DNA from: Convolutriloba macropyga
Lineage: Eukaryota
Assembly (NCBI RefSeq): GCF_964194025.1
Contig: NC_134470.1
Coordinates: forward strand, 20,088,001 to 20,152,000
DNA length: 64,000 nucleotides
Direction of reading: 5' to 3'
The translations under genes were made by a program, and so were the position numbers. Numbering within the stretch: the stretch's first letter is position 1; every line of letters starts with the position of its first letter. The notes beneath the pieces were generated by a model. That model did not search any database. It was not told the origin of the DNA and saw only the letters and a program-made list of their open reading frames with translations. Positions 51,406-62,381 of this stretch are shown here, one piece after another.

Positions 51406-54400
51406 CGAAAAAATCCAAATTTTTCAAAATCACCCAAATTTTTCAAAATCACCCAGCTAGAGAACCTTTGCAAAAATTCTAAAATTTTCGAAAAAATCCA
51501 AATTTTTCAAAATCACCCAAAGGGTCCCCCCTTTGCAAATTTTCGAAAATTTTCGAAAAAATCCAAATTTTTCAAAATCACCCAAATTTTTCAAAATCAC
51601 CCAGCTAGAGAACCTTTGCAAAAATTCTAAAATTTTCGAAAAAATCCAAATTTTTCAAAATCACCCAAAGGGTCCCCCCTTTGCAAATTTTCGAAAATTT
51701 TCGAAATCCAAATTTTTCAAAATCAGCCACAGAGTCCCCCCTTTGCAAATTTTCGAAAATTTTCGAAAAAATCCAAATTTTTCAAAATCACCCAAAGGGT
51801 CCCCCCTTTGCAAATTTTCGAAAATTTTCGAAAAAATCCAAATTTTTCAAAATCACCCAAATTTTTTAAAATCACCCAGCTAGAGAACCTTTGCAAAAAT
51901 TCTAAAATTTTCGAAAAAATCCAAATTTTCCAAAATCACCCAAAGGGTCCCCCCTTTGCAAATTTTCGAAAATTTTCGAAAAAATCCAAATTTTTCAAAA
52001 TCACCCAAAGGGTCCCCCCTTTGCAAATTTTCGAAAATTTTCGAAATCCAAATTTTTCAAAATCAGCCAAAGAGTCCCCCCTTTGCAAATTTTCGAAAAT
52101 TTTCGAAAAAATCCAAATTTTTCAAAATCACCCAAAAGGTCCCCCCTTTGCAAATTTTCGAAAAAATCCAAATTTTTCAAAATCACCCAAAGGGTCCCCC
52201 CTTTGCAAATTTTCGAAAAAATCCAAATTTTTCAAAATCACCCAAAGGGTCCCCCCTTTGCAAATTTCCGAAAATTTTCGAAAAAATCCAAATTTTTCAA
52301 AATCACCCAAAGGGTCCCCCCTTTGCAAATTTCCGAATTTTTTCGAAAAAATCCAAATTTTTCAAAATCACCCAAATTTTTTAAAATCACCCAGCTAGAG
52401 AACCTTTGCAAAAATTCTAAAATTTTCGAAAAAATCCAAATTTTTCAAAATCACCCAAAGGGTCCCCCCTTTGCAAATTTTCGAAAATTTTCGAAATCCA
52501 AATTTTTCAAAATCAGCCAAAGAGTCCCCCCTTTGCAAATTTTCGAAAATTTTCGAAAAAATCCAAATTTTTCAAAATCACCCAAAGGGTCCCCCCTTTG
52601 CAAATTTTCGAAAATTTTCGAAATCCAAATTTTTCAAAATCAGCCAAAGAGTCCCCCCTTTGCAAATTTTCGAAAATTTTCGAAAAAATCCAAATTTTTC
52701 AAAATCACCCAAAGGGTCCCCCCTTTGCAAATTTTCGAAAAAATCCAAATTTTTCAAAATCACCCAAAGGGTCCCCCCCTTTGCAAATTTTCGAAAAAAT
52801 CCAAATTTTTCAAAATCACCCAGAGGGTCCCCCCTTTGCAAATTTTCGAAAAAATCCAAATTTTTCAAAATCACCCAAAGGGTCCCCCCTTTGCAAATTT
52901 TCGAAAAAATCCAAATTTTTCAAAATCACCCAAAGAGTCCCCCCTTTGCAAATTTTCGAAAATTTTCGAAAAAATCCAAATTTTTCAAAATCACCCAAAG
53001 GGTCCCCCCTTTGCAAATTTTCGAAAATTTTCGAAATCCAAATTTTTCAAAATCAGCCAAAGAGTCCCCCCTTTGCAAATTTCCGAATTTTTTCGAAAAA
53101 ATCCAAATTTTTCAAAATCACCCAGAGGGTCCCCCCTTTGCAAATTTTCGAAAAAATCCAAATTTTTCAAAATCACCCAAAGGGTCCCCCCTTTGCAAAT
53201 TTTCGAAAAAATCCAAATTTTTCAAAATCACCCAAAGGGTCCCCCCCTTTGCAAATTTTCGAAAAAATCCAAATTTTTCAAAATCAGCCAAAGGGTCCCC
53301 CCTTTGCAAATTTTCGAAAAAATCCAAATTTTTCAAAATCACCCAAAGGGTCCCCCCCTTTGCAAATTTTCGAAAAAATCCAAATTTTTCAAAATCACCC
53401 AGAGGGTCCCCCCTTTGCAAATTTTCGAAAAAATCCAAATTTTTCAAAATCACCCAAAGGGTCCCCCCTTTGCAAATTTTCGAAAAAATCCAAATTTTTC
53501 AAAATCACCCAGAGGGTCCCCCCTTTGCAAATTTTCGAAAAAATCCAAATTTTTCAAAATCACCCAAAGGGTCCCCCCTTTGCAAATTTTCGAAAAAATC
53601 CAAATTTTTCAAAATCACCCAAAGGGTCCCCCCCTTTGCAAATTTTCGAAAAAATCCAAATTTTTCAAAATCAGCCAAAGGGTCCCCCCTTTGCAAATTT
53701 TCGAAAAAATCCAAATTTTTCAAAATCACCCAAAGGGTCCCCCCCTTTGCAAATTTTCGAAAAAATCCAAATTTTTCAAAATCACCCAGAGGGTCCCCCC
53801 TTTGCAAATTTTCGAAAAAATCCAAATTTTTCAAAATCACCCAAAGGGTCCCCCCTTTGCAAATTTTCGAAAATTTTCGAAAAAATCCAAATTTTTCAAA
53901 ATCACCCAAAGGGTCCCCCCTTTGCAAATTTTCGAAAATTTTCGAAATCCAAATTTTTCAAAATCAGCCAAAGAGTCCCCCCTTTGCAAATTTTCGAAAA
54001 TTTTCGAAAAAATCCAAATTTTTCAAAATCACCCAAAGGGTCCCCCCTTTGCAAATTTCCGAAAATTTTCGAAAAAATCCAAATTTTTCAAAATCACCCA
54101 AAGGGTCCCCCCTTTGCAAATTTCCGAATTTTTTCGAAAAAATCCAAATTTTTCAAAATCACCCAAATTTTTTAAAATCACCCAGCTAGAGAACCTTTGC
54201 AAAAATTCTAAAATTTTCGAAAAAATCCAAATTTTTCAAAATCACCCAAAGGGTCCCCCCTTTGCAAATTTTCGAAAATTTTCGAAATCCAAATTTTTCA
54301 AAATCAGCCAAAGAGTCCCCCCTTTGCAAATTTTCGAAAATTTTCGAAAAAATCCAAATTTTTCAAAATCACCCAAAGGGTCCCCCCTTTGCAAATTTTC

Positions 54401-57400
54401 GAAAATTTTCGAAATCCAAATTTTTCAAAATCAGCCAAAGAGTCCCCCCTTTGCAAATTTTCGAAAATTTTCGAAAAAATCCAAATTTTTCAAAATCACC
54501 CAAAGGGTCCCCCCTTTGCAAATTTTCGAAAAAATCCAAATTTTTCAAAATCACCCAAAGGGTCCCCCCCTTTGCAAATTTTCGAAAAAATCCAAATTTT
54601 TCAAAATCACCCAGAGGGTCCCCCCTTTGCAAATTTTCGAAAAAATCCAAATTTTTCAAAATCACCCAAAGGGTCCCCCCTTTGCAAATTTTCGAAAAAA
54701 TCCAAATTTTTCAAAATCACCCAAAGAGTCCCCCCTTTGCAAATTTTCGAAAATTTTCGAAAAAATCCAAATTTTTCAAAATCACCCAAAGGGTCCCCCC
54801 TTTGCAAATTTTCGAAAATTTTCGAAATCCAAATTTTTCAAAATCAGCCAAAGAGTCCCCCCTTTGCAAATTTCCGAATTTTTTCGAAAAAATCCAAATT
54901 TTTCAAAATCACCCAGAGGGTCCCCCCTTTGCAAATTTTCGAAAAAATCCAAATTTTTCAAAATCACCCAAAGGGTCCCCCCTTTGCAAATTTTCGAAAA
55001 AATCCAAATTTTTCAAAATCACCCAAAGGGTCCCCCCCTTTGCAAATTTTCGAAAAAATCCAAATTTTTCAAAATCAGCCAAAGGGTCCCCCCTTTGCAA
55101 ATTTTCGAAAAAATCCAAATTTTTCAAAATCACCCAAAGGGTCCCCCCCTTTGCAAATTTTCGAAAAAATCCAAATTTTTCAAAATCACCCAGAGGGTCC
55201 CCCCTTTGCAAATTTTCGAAAAAATCCAAATTTTTCAAAATCACCCAAAGGGTCCCCCCTTTGCAAATTTTCGAAAAAATCCAAATTTTTCAAAATCACC
55301 CAGAGGGTCCCCCCTTTGCAAATTTTCGAAAAAATCCAAATTTTTCAAAATCACCCAAAGGGTCCCCCCTTTGCAAATTTTCGAAAAAATCCAAATTTTT
55401 CAAAATCACCCAAAGGGTCCCCCCCTTTGCAAATTTTCGAAAAAATCCAAATTTTTCAAAATCACCCAGAGGGTCCCCCCTTTGCAAATTTTCGAAAAAA
55501 TCCAAATTTTTCAAAATCACCCAAAGGGTCCCCCCTTTGCAAATTTTCGAAAAAATCCAAATTTTTCAAAATCACCCAAAGGGTCCCCCCCTTTGCAAAT
55601 TTTCGAAAAAATCCAAATTTTTCAAAATCAGCCAAAGGGTCCCCCCTTTGCAAATTTTCGAAAAAATCCAAATTTTTCAAAATCACCCAAAGGGTCCCCC
55701 CCTTTGCAAATTTTCGAAAAAATCCAAATTTTTCAAAATCACCCAGAGGGTCCCCCCTTTGCAAATTTTCGAAAAAATCCAAATTTTTCAAAATCACCCA
55801 AAGGGTCCCCCCTTTGCAAATTTTCGAAAATTTTCGAAAAAATCCAAATTTTTCAAAATCACCCAAAGGGTCCCCCCTTTGCAAATTTTCGAAAATTTTC
55901 GAAATCCAAATTTTTCAAAATCAGCCAAAGAGTCCCCCCTTTGCAAATTTTCGAAAATTTTCGAAAAAATCCAAATTTTTCAAAATCACCCAAAGGGTCC
56001 CCCCTTTGCAAATTTTCGAAAAAATCCAAATTTTTCAAAATCACCCAAAGGGTCCCCCCTTTGCAAATTTTCGAAAAAATCCAAATTTTTCAAAATCACC
56101 CAAAGGGTCCCCCCTTTGCAAATTTCCGAAAATTTTCGAAAAAATCCAAATTTTTCAAAATCACCCAAAGGGTCCCCCCTTTGCAAATTTCCGAATTTTT
56201 TCGAAAAAATCCAAATTTTTCAAAATCACCCAGAGGGTCCCCCCTTTGCAAATTTTCGAAAAAATCCAAATTTTTCAAAATCACCCAAAGGGTCCCCCCT
56301 TTGCAAATTTTCGAAAAAATCCAAATTTTTCAAAATCACCCAAAGGGTCCCCCCTTTGCAAATTTCCGAATTTTTTCGAAAAAATCCAAATTTTTCAAAA
56401 TCACCCAGAGGGTCCCCCCTTTGCAAATTTTCGAAAAAATCCAAATTTTTCAAAATCAGCCAAAGGGTCCCCCCTTTGCAAATTTTCGAAAAAATCCAAA
56501 TTTTTCAAAATCACCCAAAGGGTCCCCCCCTTTGCAAATTTTCGAAAAAATCCAAATTTTTCAAAATCACCCAGAGGGTCCCCCCTTTGCAAATTTTCGA
56601 AAAAATCCAAATTTTTCAAAATCACCCAAAGGGTCCCCCCTTTGCAAATTTTCGAAAAAATCCAAATTTTTCAAAATCACCCAAAGGGTCCCCCCTTTGC
56701 AAATTTCCGAATTTTTTCGAAAAAATCCAAATTTTTCAAAATCACCCAGAGGGTCCCCCCTTTGCAAATTTTCGAAAAAATCCAAATTTTTCAAAATCAC
56801 CCAAAGGGTCCCCCCTTTGCAAATTTTCGAAAAAATCCAAATTTTTCAAAATCACCCAAAGGGTCCCCCCTTTGCAAATTTTCGAAAAAATCCAAATTTT
56901 TCAAAATCACCCAAAGGGTCCCCCCTTTGCAAATTTTCGAAAAAATCCAAATTTTTCAAAATCACCCAAAGGGTCCCCCCTTTGCAAATTTTCGAAAAAA
57001 TCCAAATTTTTCAAAATCACCCAAAGGGTCCCCCCTTTGCAAATTTTCGAAAAAATCCAAATTTTTCAAAATCACCCAAAGGGTCCCCCCTTTGCAAATT
57101 TCCGAATTTTTTCGAAAAAATCCAAATTTTTCAAAATCACCCAGAGGGTCCCCCCTTTGCAAATTTTCGAAAAAATCCAAATTTTTCAAAATCACCCAAA
57201 GGGTCCCCCCTTTGCAAATTTCCGAAAATTTTCGAAAAAATCCAAATTTTTCAAAATCACCCAAAGGGTCCCCCCTTTGCAAATTTCCGAATTTTTTCGA
57301 AAAAATCCAAATTTTTCAAAATCACCCAGAGGGTCCCCCCTTTGCAAATTTTCGAAAAAATCCAAATTTTTCAAAATCACCCAAAGGGTCCCCCCTTTGC

Positions 57401-57608
57401 AAATTTTCGAAAAAATCCAAATTTTTCAAAATCACCCAAAGGGTCCCCCCTTTGCAAATTTTCGAAAAAATCCAAATTTTTCAAAATCACCCAAAGGGTC
57501 CCCCCTTTGCAAATTTTCGAAAAAATCCAAATTTTTCAAAATTACCCAAAGGGTCCCCCCTTTGCAAATTTTCAAAAAAATCCAAAATTTTTCAAAATCG
57601 CCCAAAGG
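46694..57608 (+). repeat. 55-bp satellite array with length variants inside the Polinton
   Basis: Monomer AAAATCACCCAAAGGGTCCCCCCTTTGCAAATTTTCGAAAAAATCCAAATTTTTC. Variants include +10-bp TTTTCGAAAA, -3 bp, C7, a 19-bp short unit and a CAGCTAGAGAACC type. It is uninterrupted from ~51403 to 57608 and contains a 1791-bp internal duplication (52471 vs 54262). Confidence 0.98.
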
Positions 57609-57687
57609 AGAAGAAACTCTTAATCAGCATTGGGCGGATAACCACGGGGTCAACGGGCCATCGATTAACACTGAACGTGTGCAAGAA

Positions 57688-60600
57688 ATGGGCAATATGT
57701 CTCTCTTGAGTACAAAACAATCTGTTCGCGGTTTTTTTCAGACATTTCGATTTACTCTTGGGAATGAGCAGGTGGTCGATCCGTTCGAATACTTTGTGGC
57801 GAATGAAAGAGGTATCGTCAATTTTGTCAACAAACGGCTTGATTCAAGAACTATGAAATTTTCGGTATGTGTGCGTGTTGACTTCAGCAAACCAATATCC
57901 CTCGACAAAACTACTTCGTACTTCAACAGTGTTACAGAAACTGTTTCACGTTGTTTAAGTGAAGAAGAATTTTACCGACATGTTGACCAGATTCTCAATC
58001 AAATCAGTATATTTTGTACCGCCGGGAGCGGGTGGGTTATAGAAAGAATGGCTGTGTTCGATGTAAAAATTTGCAAGTACAGCCCAATGAGAGCAGCGAC
58101 CTATATACCTACTCCCAAAAAGATACAGAAACTAAGGAGAACTGTTTTGAACATTCAGAATCTTGATGACAGTTTGTGTTTCGTGTACTGTATCCTTGCT
58201 GCTCTCTTTCCTGTGAAAACTAATCAGCAACGTCCAAGTAGTTACAAAAGTCATTTGGGCGCCCTGTACTTCAATAAGAAGAAAATGCCAATGCCTTTAT
58301 CTGGTATTCCGGCTTTCGAAAAAAGCAACAATCTAGCAGTAAATGTCTATGCGCACGACGGTAATGAAATCTACCCTGCATATATTTCAAAGCAAAAACA
58401 AAATTCTAAAAAAATACATCTACTATTAATATCAAACGAAGAAAAGTCACACTACTGTCTCATCAAGAATTTGGACCGTCTGCTCAAGACGCTTCTGCGT
58501 TCAGATCGTACAGCATGTTCAAAGAATAATATCAGAAAATTTTGTGATCGATGCCTTCAAAGCATTGACAGGAACAAAATGACACAACACCGTCAGCTCT
58601 GTTTCGACCAAAGCCCATTGCTAATCCAAATGCCTGCCAGCTTGCAAATGGTACAATTCAGCAGCTACAACAAACAGACTAGATCTCCATTCGTTGTGTA
58701 TGCAGATTTGGAGGCGTTTGATGTGAAAAATGAGTCTTACGCTGACATGATTGACGATTATGGAGAAAATGTTTTGAACAGTTTCAACGCAGCAACGCTG
58801 CATATTGAAGATCAGTTTCCTTGTAGTTTTGGAGCTATTTTGATCGATATTAGGAGCGGAAAAGCAGAAAAACAAAAATTCTACCGCGGTAAAAATGTAA
58901 TAGCAACGTTGATGCAAACTCTAAGAGAGTGGACTCTCTGGGCATACGAAGAAAATCAGAAATTTAGGATACTGAATCTTGATTCTGCAAAAAAGTCGCA
59001 ACTTGTATCAAATTGGGGAGACCCCTGCTGTATCTGTGGTAAAAGTTTTGGAGACTCGGAGGATGACAAGGTTTTGCATCACTGTCATTTGACGGGAAGA
59101 GTTTATGGTGTCGCTCACAGCAAATGCAACATTGTGCACAGTGGGAAAATTTTTGCCTGTCTTCTTCCATAATCTATCCCGATATGACTCGCACCACATA
59201 ATAAAAAATCTGAAGCTCCAATCGGGGGAAGAGTTGAACGCAATAGCAAAAACAGACGAGACGTTTATTTCCTTTTCGGTTCGGGTACCAGTTGGAAGTT
59301 ACTTTGACAAAAGAGGATTAGTAAAAAATATCAAACACGATATTCGGTTTTTGGACAGCATTAATTTCATGGCGTCTAGTCTCGATGCACTTGCAAAAAC
59401 TTTAGACGAAAGTGATCTCCGCCTCTTAAAAGAAAGATTTCCTGTAGACACGAAAGAAAAATTTGATATGATCAGGAGGGAAGGTTTTTTTCTTTACAGC
59501 TACCTTGACTGCTCAGAGAAATTTGAAGCGTCTTTTCCGGAATATGGTTCCAACTGGATCAATACACTTTCTGGCAAACTTGAAGTTACACCAGAACAGT
59601 ACCAACAAGCTGTTGACGTTTACAAGATGATGAATTGTAAAAATTTTGGGGATTACCATGATTTTTATTTAACAGTTGACGTTTTTCTGCTTGCATGTGT
59701 CTTTGAAAAATTTCGAGATGTTTGCCTTGAGGTCTACAGGTTGGACCCAGCATGTTTTTACAGTGCGCCGAATCTCAGCTGGGATGCAATGCTTATTACC
59801 AAAGGAGTTGAATTGGAGCTTCTTCAAGAGTACGACATGTTGTTATTCTGTGAGAAAGCTATTCGTGGTGGCTTGAATGGCGTCGGTTCCTTGCGCTATT
59901 TCAAAGCCAATAATAAGTACCTTTCAGATTATAAAAGCAGTGAAGCTTCTGTTTTTGGGGCGTTCTTTGACGTCACTTCACTTTACGCTGGAACTATGAT
60001 GAAAAAACTGCCCATTGGTTCTTTTCAATGGGACGACACTCTAACAGTAGATGATATTGAGCATTTTGATTGCGATGGCGAATACGCTTTTTTCGTGGAA
60101 GTTGATCTCGAATATCCAACCGATTTGCACATTGATCATCAAGACCTACCATTGGCTCCCGAAAAACTTGTTATAGAATCTAGCTGGTTGTCTGATTACT
60201 GCTCTGACCTGAAGTCAAAACGATCTGCAAAAGTTCCAAAGCTCGTTGAGACTGTATTCGACAAAAAAAACTATATTTGTCACATCAAAAATCTACAATT
60301 TTATGTGGAAAAAGGACTCCAGATCACCAAAATTCACAAAGCGCTCAAATTTAAACAAACCAATTGGCTTTCTGTATACATCGAAAAAAACACGATGATG
60401 AGAAAAAGTGCCAAAAGTCCCTTTAAGAAAAATTTCTACAAACTAATGTCTAATGCTTGCTTTGGAAAAGAAATGGAAAATAAAAGAAATCGTCGTAAAA
60501 TTCATTTTGTTAGCGATGAGAAGGAAGCATCAAAGCTATCTAGAAAACCCAATTTCAAATCATTTGAGATTATAAGTGAATCTCTTTGCTCTGTCTCTAT

Positions 60601-61738
60601 GGCACAAAACAAAATTTTTTGGGATAAACCAACGCCAGTGGGCGCTGCGATTCTTGATTTGTCAAAATTGTCCTTGTACGGATTCCACTACAATGAGATG
60701 AAACCCCGATATGGAAAAAAGATTTTGGTAACATACAAAGACACAGATTCTCTTCTTTACCGAATAGAAACTGATGATTTTTATGAGGACATGAAAGAAT
60801 TTCAACACTTGCTTGATCTGTCCGACTACCCTACCGAGCATCCATTGTTCAACCCTGTCAATAAAAAAGTTCCTCTGACTATGAGGGATGAGCTCAATGG
60901 TCAGGTGATGGAGGAGGCTGTTTTGTTGCGATCAAAGTTGTATAGCATCAAGTATCAAGGTGGTGTGAAACAAAGTGCTAAGGGAGTGCAAAAAAGCGTT
61001 AAAAAAGCCTACATCATGACAAGTTTCTGAATTGTTTAAAGAGTCAGAGCGTAGAGAGGGCACCAATGACAAGAATAACCTCAGAGAAACATCAGATTTT
61101 TGTTATAATGACAAACAAAGTTGCCTTGAGTTGCTTCGATGATAAGAGATTCATTCTTGAACCAGGATTGGAAACCCTGCCACATGGTCACTTTTGGTTA
61201 AAGCAGAAGCCACCTAACAATGACCAAGCGTTATCCATTCCTGATGATGATGATGAGCAGACGTCTTTGAACAATTTTGATGAAAGCGAAGATGAGAATT
61301 TGTCGGACACAAACGAGAAACCATCTGACAAGAGCAGCGGGGCTGAACAATCGGAGGCCTTGGGCATCATTTCATCAACTCTTGACAGTTTTGGTAAGTT
61401 GCTTCATTTATAACACTGAACAATTGTTGCCGCTTCATTATAAATTTGACCAGTTTTTAAACCTTTTTGCAGAGGTGCCAGATCCAGGCTTTCTACCTCG
61501 TGACCTCCATGCTGACAGTGGCGATGCAGACATCGTCGATTGGAATGACTTGAGTGATGAAGAATATACAGTTGGCACCTCCTCCTTACCGCATAACCCC
61601 TTCATTGAGTACGAAGCTGTTGAATGTCATGAGGATGTTGAGACGGAGGAGGAGGGAGACGATGAGGAGGAGCTCAATGAAAGCGCGACAATCTTGCGTG
61701 CGCCCAAACGGAGGAGAACTGTAATCGACTCGGACTAA
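57688..61738 (+). pseudogene. Protein-primed family B DNA polymerase (pPolB) polyprotein, two frameshifts (~59135 and 61001-61006), one predicted intron (61394-61472)
   Basis: N-terminal terminal-protein-like region (GSGWVIE), vOTU-like NIQNLDDSLCF...HYCLI, ExoI YADLE, EndoVII/HNH-like CCICGK..HHCHLTG..AHSKCN, ExoII FHNLSRYD, polymerase motifs DVTSLY, KLMSNACFGK, YKDTDS and AKGV, and C-terminal DDKRFIL..TLPHGH. About 1320 aa if repaired and spliced. The frameshifts may be real decay or consensus errors. Confidence 0.93.
61394..61472 (+). other. Predicted 79-nt spliceosomal intron in the pPolB C-terminal extension
   Basis: G|GTAAGT donor and pyrimidine-rich ccttttTGCAG acceptor, with an AT-rich interior. 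Removal joins ORF 61066 in frame to ORF 61277 (..LDSF-E-VPDPG..). Confidence 0.8.
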
Positions 61739-61774
61739 CTTTCAAAATAGAACTTTTGTATGAATGCAGCTCAA

Positions 61775-62377
61775 TTATACAAGTGTAAGAGTATATTCAG
61801 TATTTAACCTACCATTAAAAAATCTTACAAGTCCAATCTCATTTATTAAATTTATGTTATCCAATTTTAATGCACAGCTCGCGCGAAATTGTTCAACATC
61901 AGAAAACACTGGGATCTTTTTCTTTTGAGGTGAACCGTTTTTAGTGAAGAACAAAATGGCAGCGTAAATGCAGTATAAACCGCATAAATTTGATGAAGCT
62001 GTTTGAACTGATGTTGATATTTCGTGCAAAACAAAATCTTTGCGATTATATAATCCTTGTAACCGAGTGTAAACATCTATAAAGAAAGCAAGTGGGATGC
62101 ATAGACTGTTCCAAATTATAATATTTTGGTACAACTTTTGTTTCAAGTTTTTGTTTGATTTGTTGTTCGCGGCCGCAGGAAATTTATAGTACTCGGGAAA
62201 AGCTAATAGTAAAATCCAATGTGTGCCTCGCGTCTTAGACTTAGATGTGTTGATTATTTGGAAAACGACAGCTTTTTTGTCAACTTTTGGAAAATTATCG
62301 GCCGACCACACGCCTCCAAACTCAAACTTGAGTTCCTTGAACTGTTTTACATTTGCAGCAATTGACACGCTATCAAT
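61775..62377 (-). CDS. Adenain-like (C5-type) maturation cysteine protease of the Polinton
   Basis: FGGVWSADNFP, IINTS...GTHW (catalytic His) and Q..SSNLCGLYC (oxyanion Gln, catalytic Cys). There is no in-frame ATG; ATT-GAT-AGC at 62377 sits where an ATG would be expected. Confidence 0.85.
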   Translation of the reverse strand: MDSVSIAANVKQFKELKFEFGGVWSADNFPKVDKKAVVFQIINTSKSKTRGTHWILLLAFPEYYKFPAAANNKSNKNLKQKLYQNIIIWNSLCIPLAFFIDVYTRLQGLYNRKDFVLHEISTSVQTASSNLCGLYCIYAAILFFTKNGSPQKKKIPVFSDVEQFRASCALKLDNINLINEIGLVRFFNGRLNTEYTLTLV

Positions 62378-62381
62378 TAGG

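Noticed and set aside
46220-57608. CRISPR-like repeat/spacer array
   Set aside because: The interspersed cassettes are copies of one another rather than unique spacers, the monomers are directly adjacent, no cas genes are present and the context is eukaryotic.
46691-57709. Dozens of long ORFs (up to 1846 aa) in the ORF track
   Set aside because: They are translations of the 55-bp satellite in several frames, mostly from TTG starts. There is no evidence they are separate genes.
60995-61010. Programmed -1 ribosomal frameshift in pPolB
   Set aside because: GTT AAA AAA GCC is not an in-frame X XXY YYZ slippery heptamer. A single-A loss in a homopolymer is simpler.
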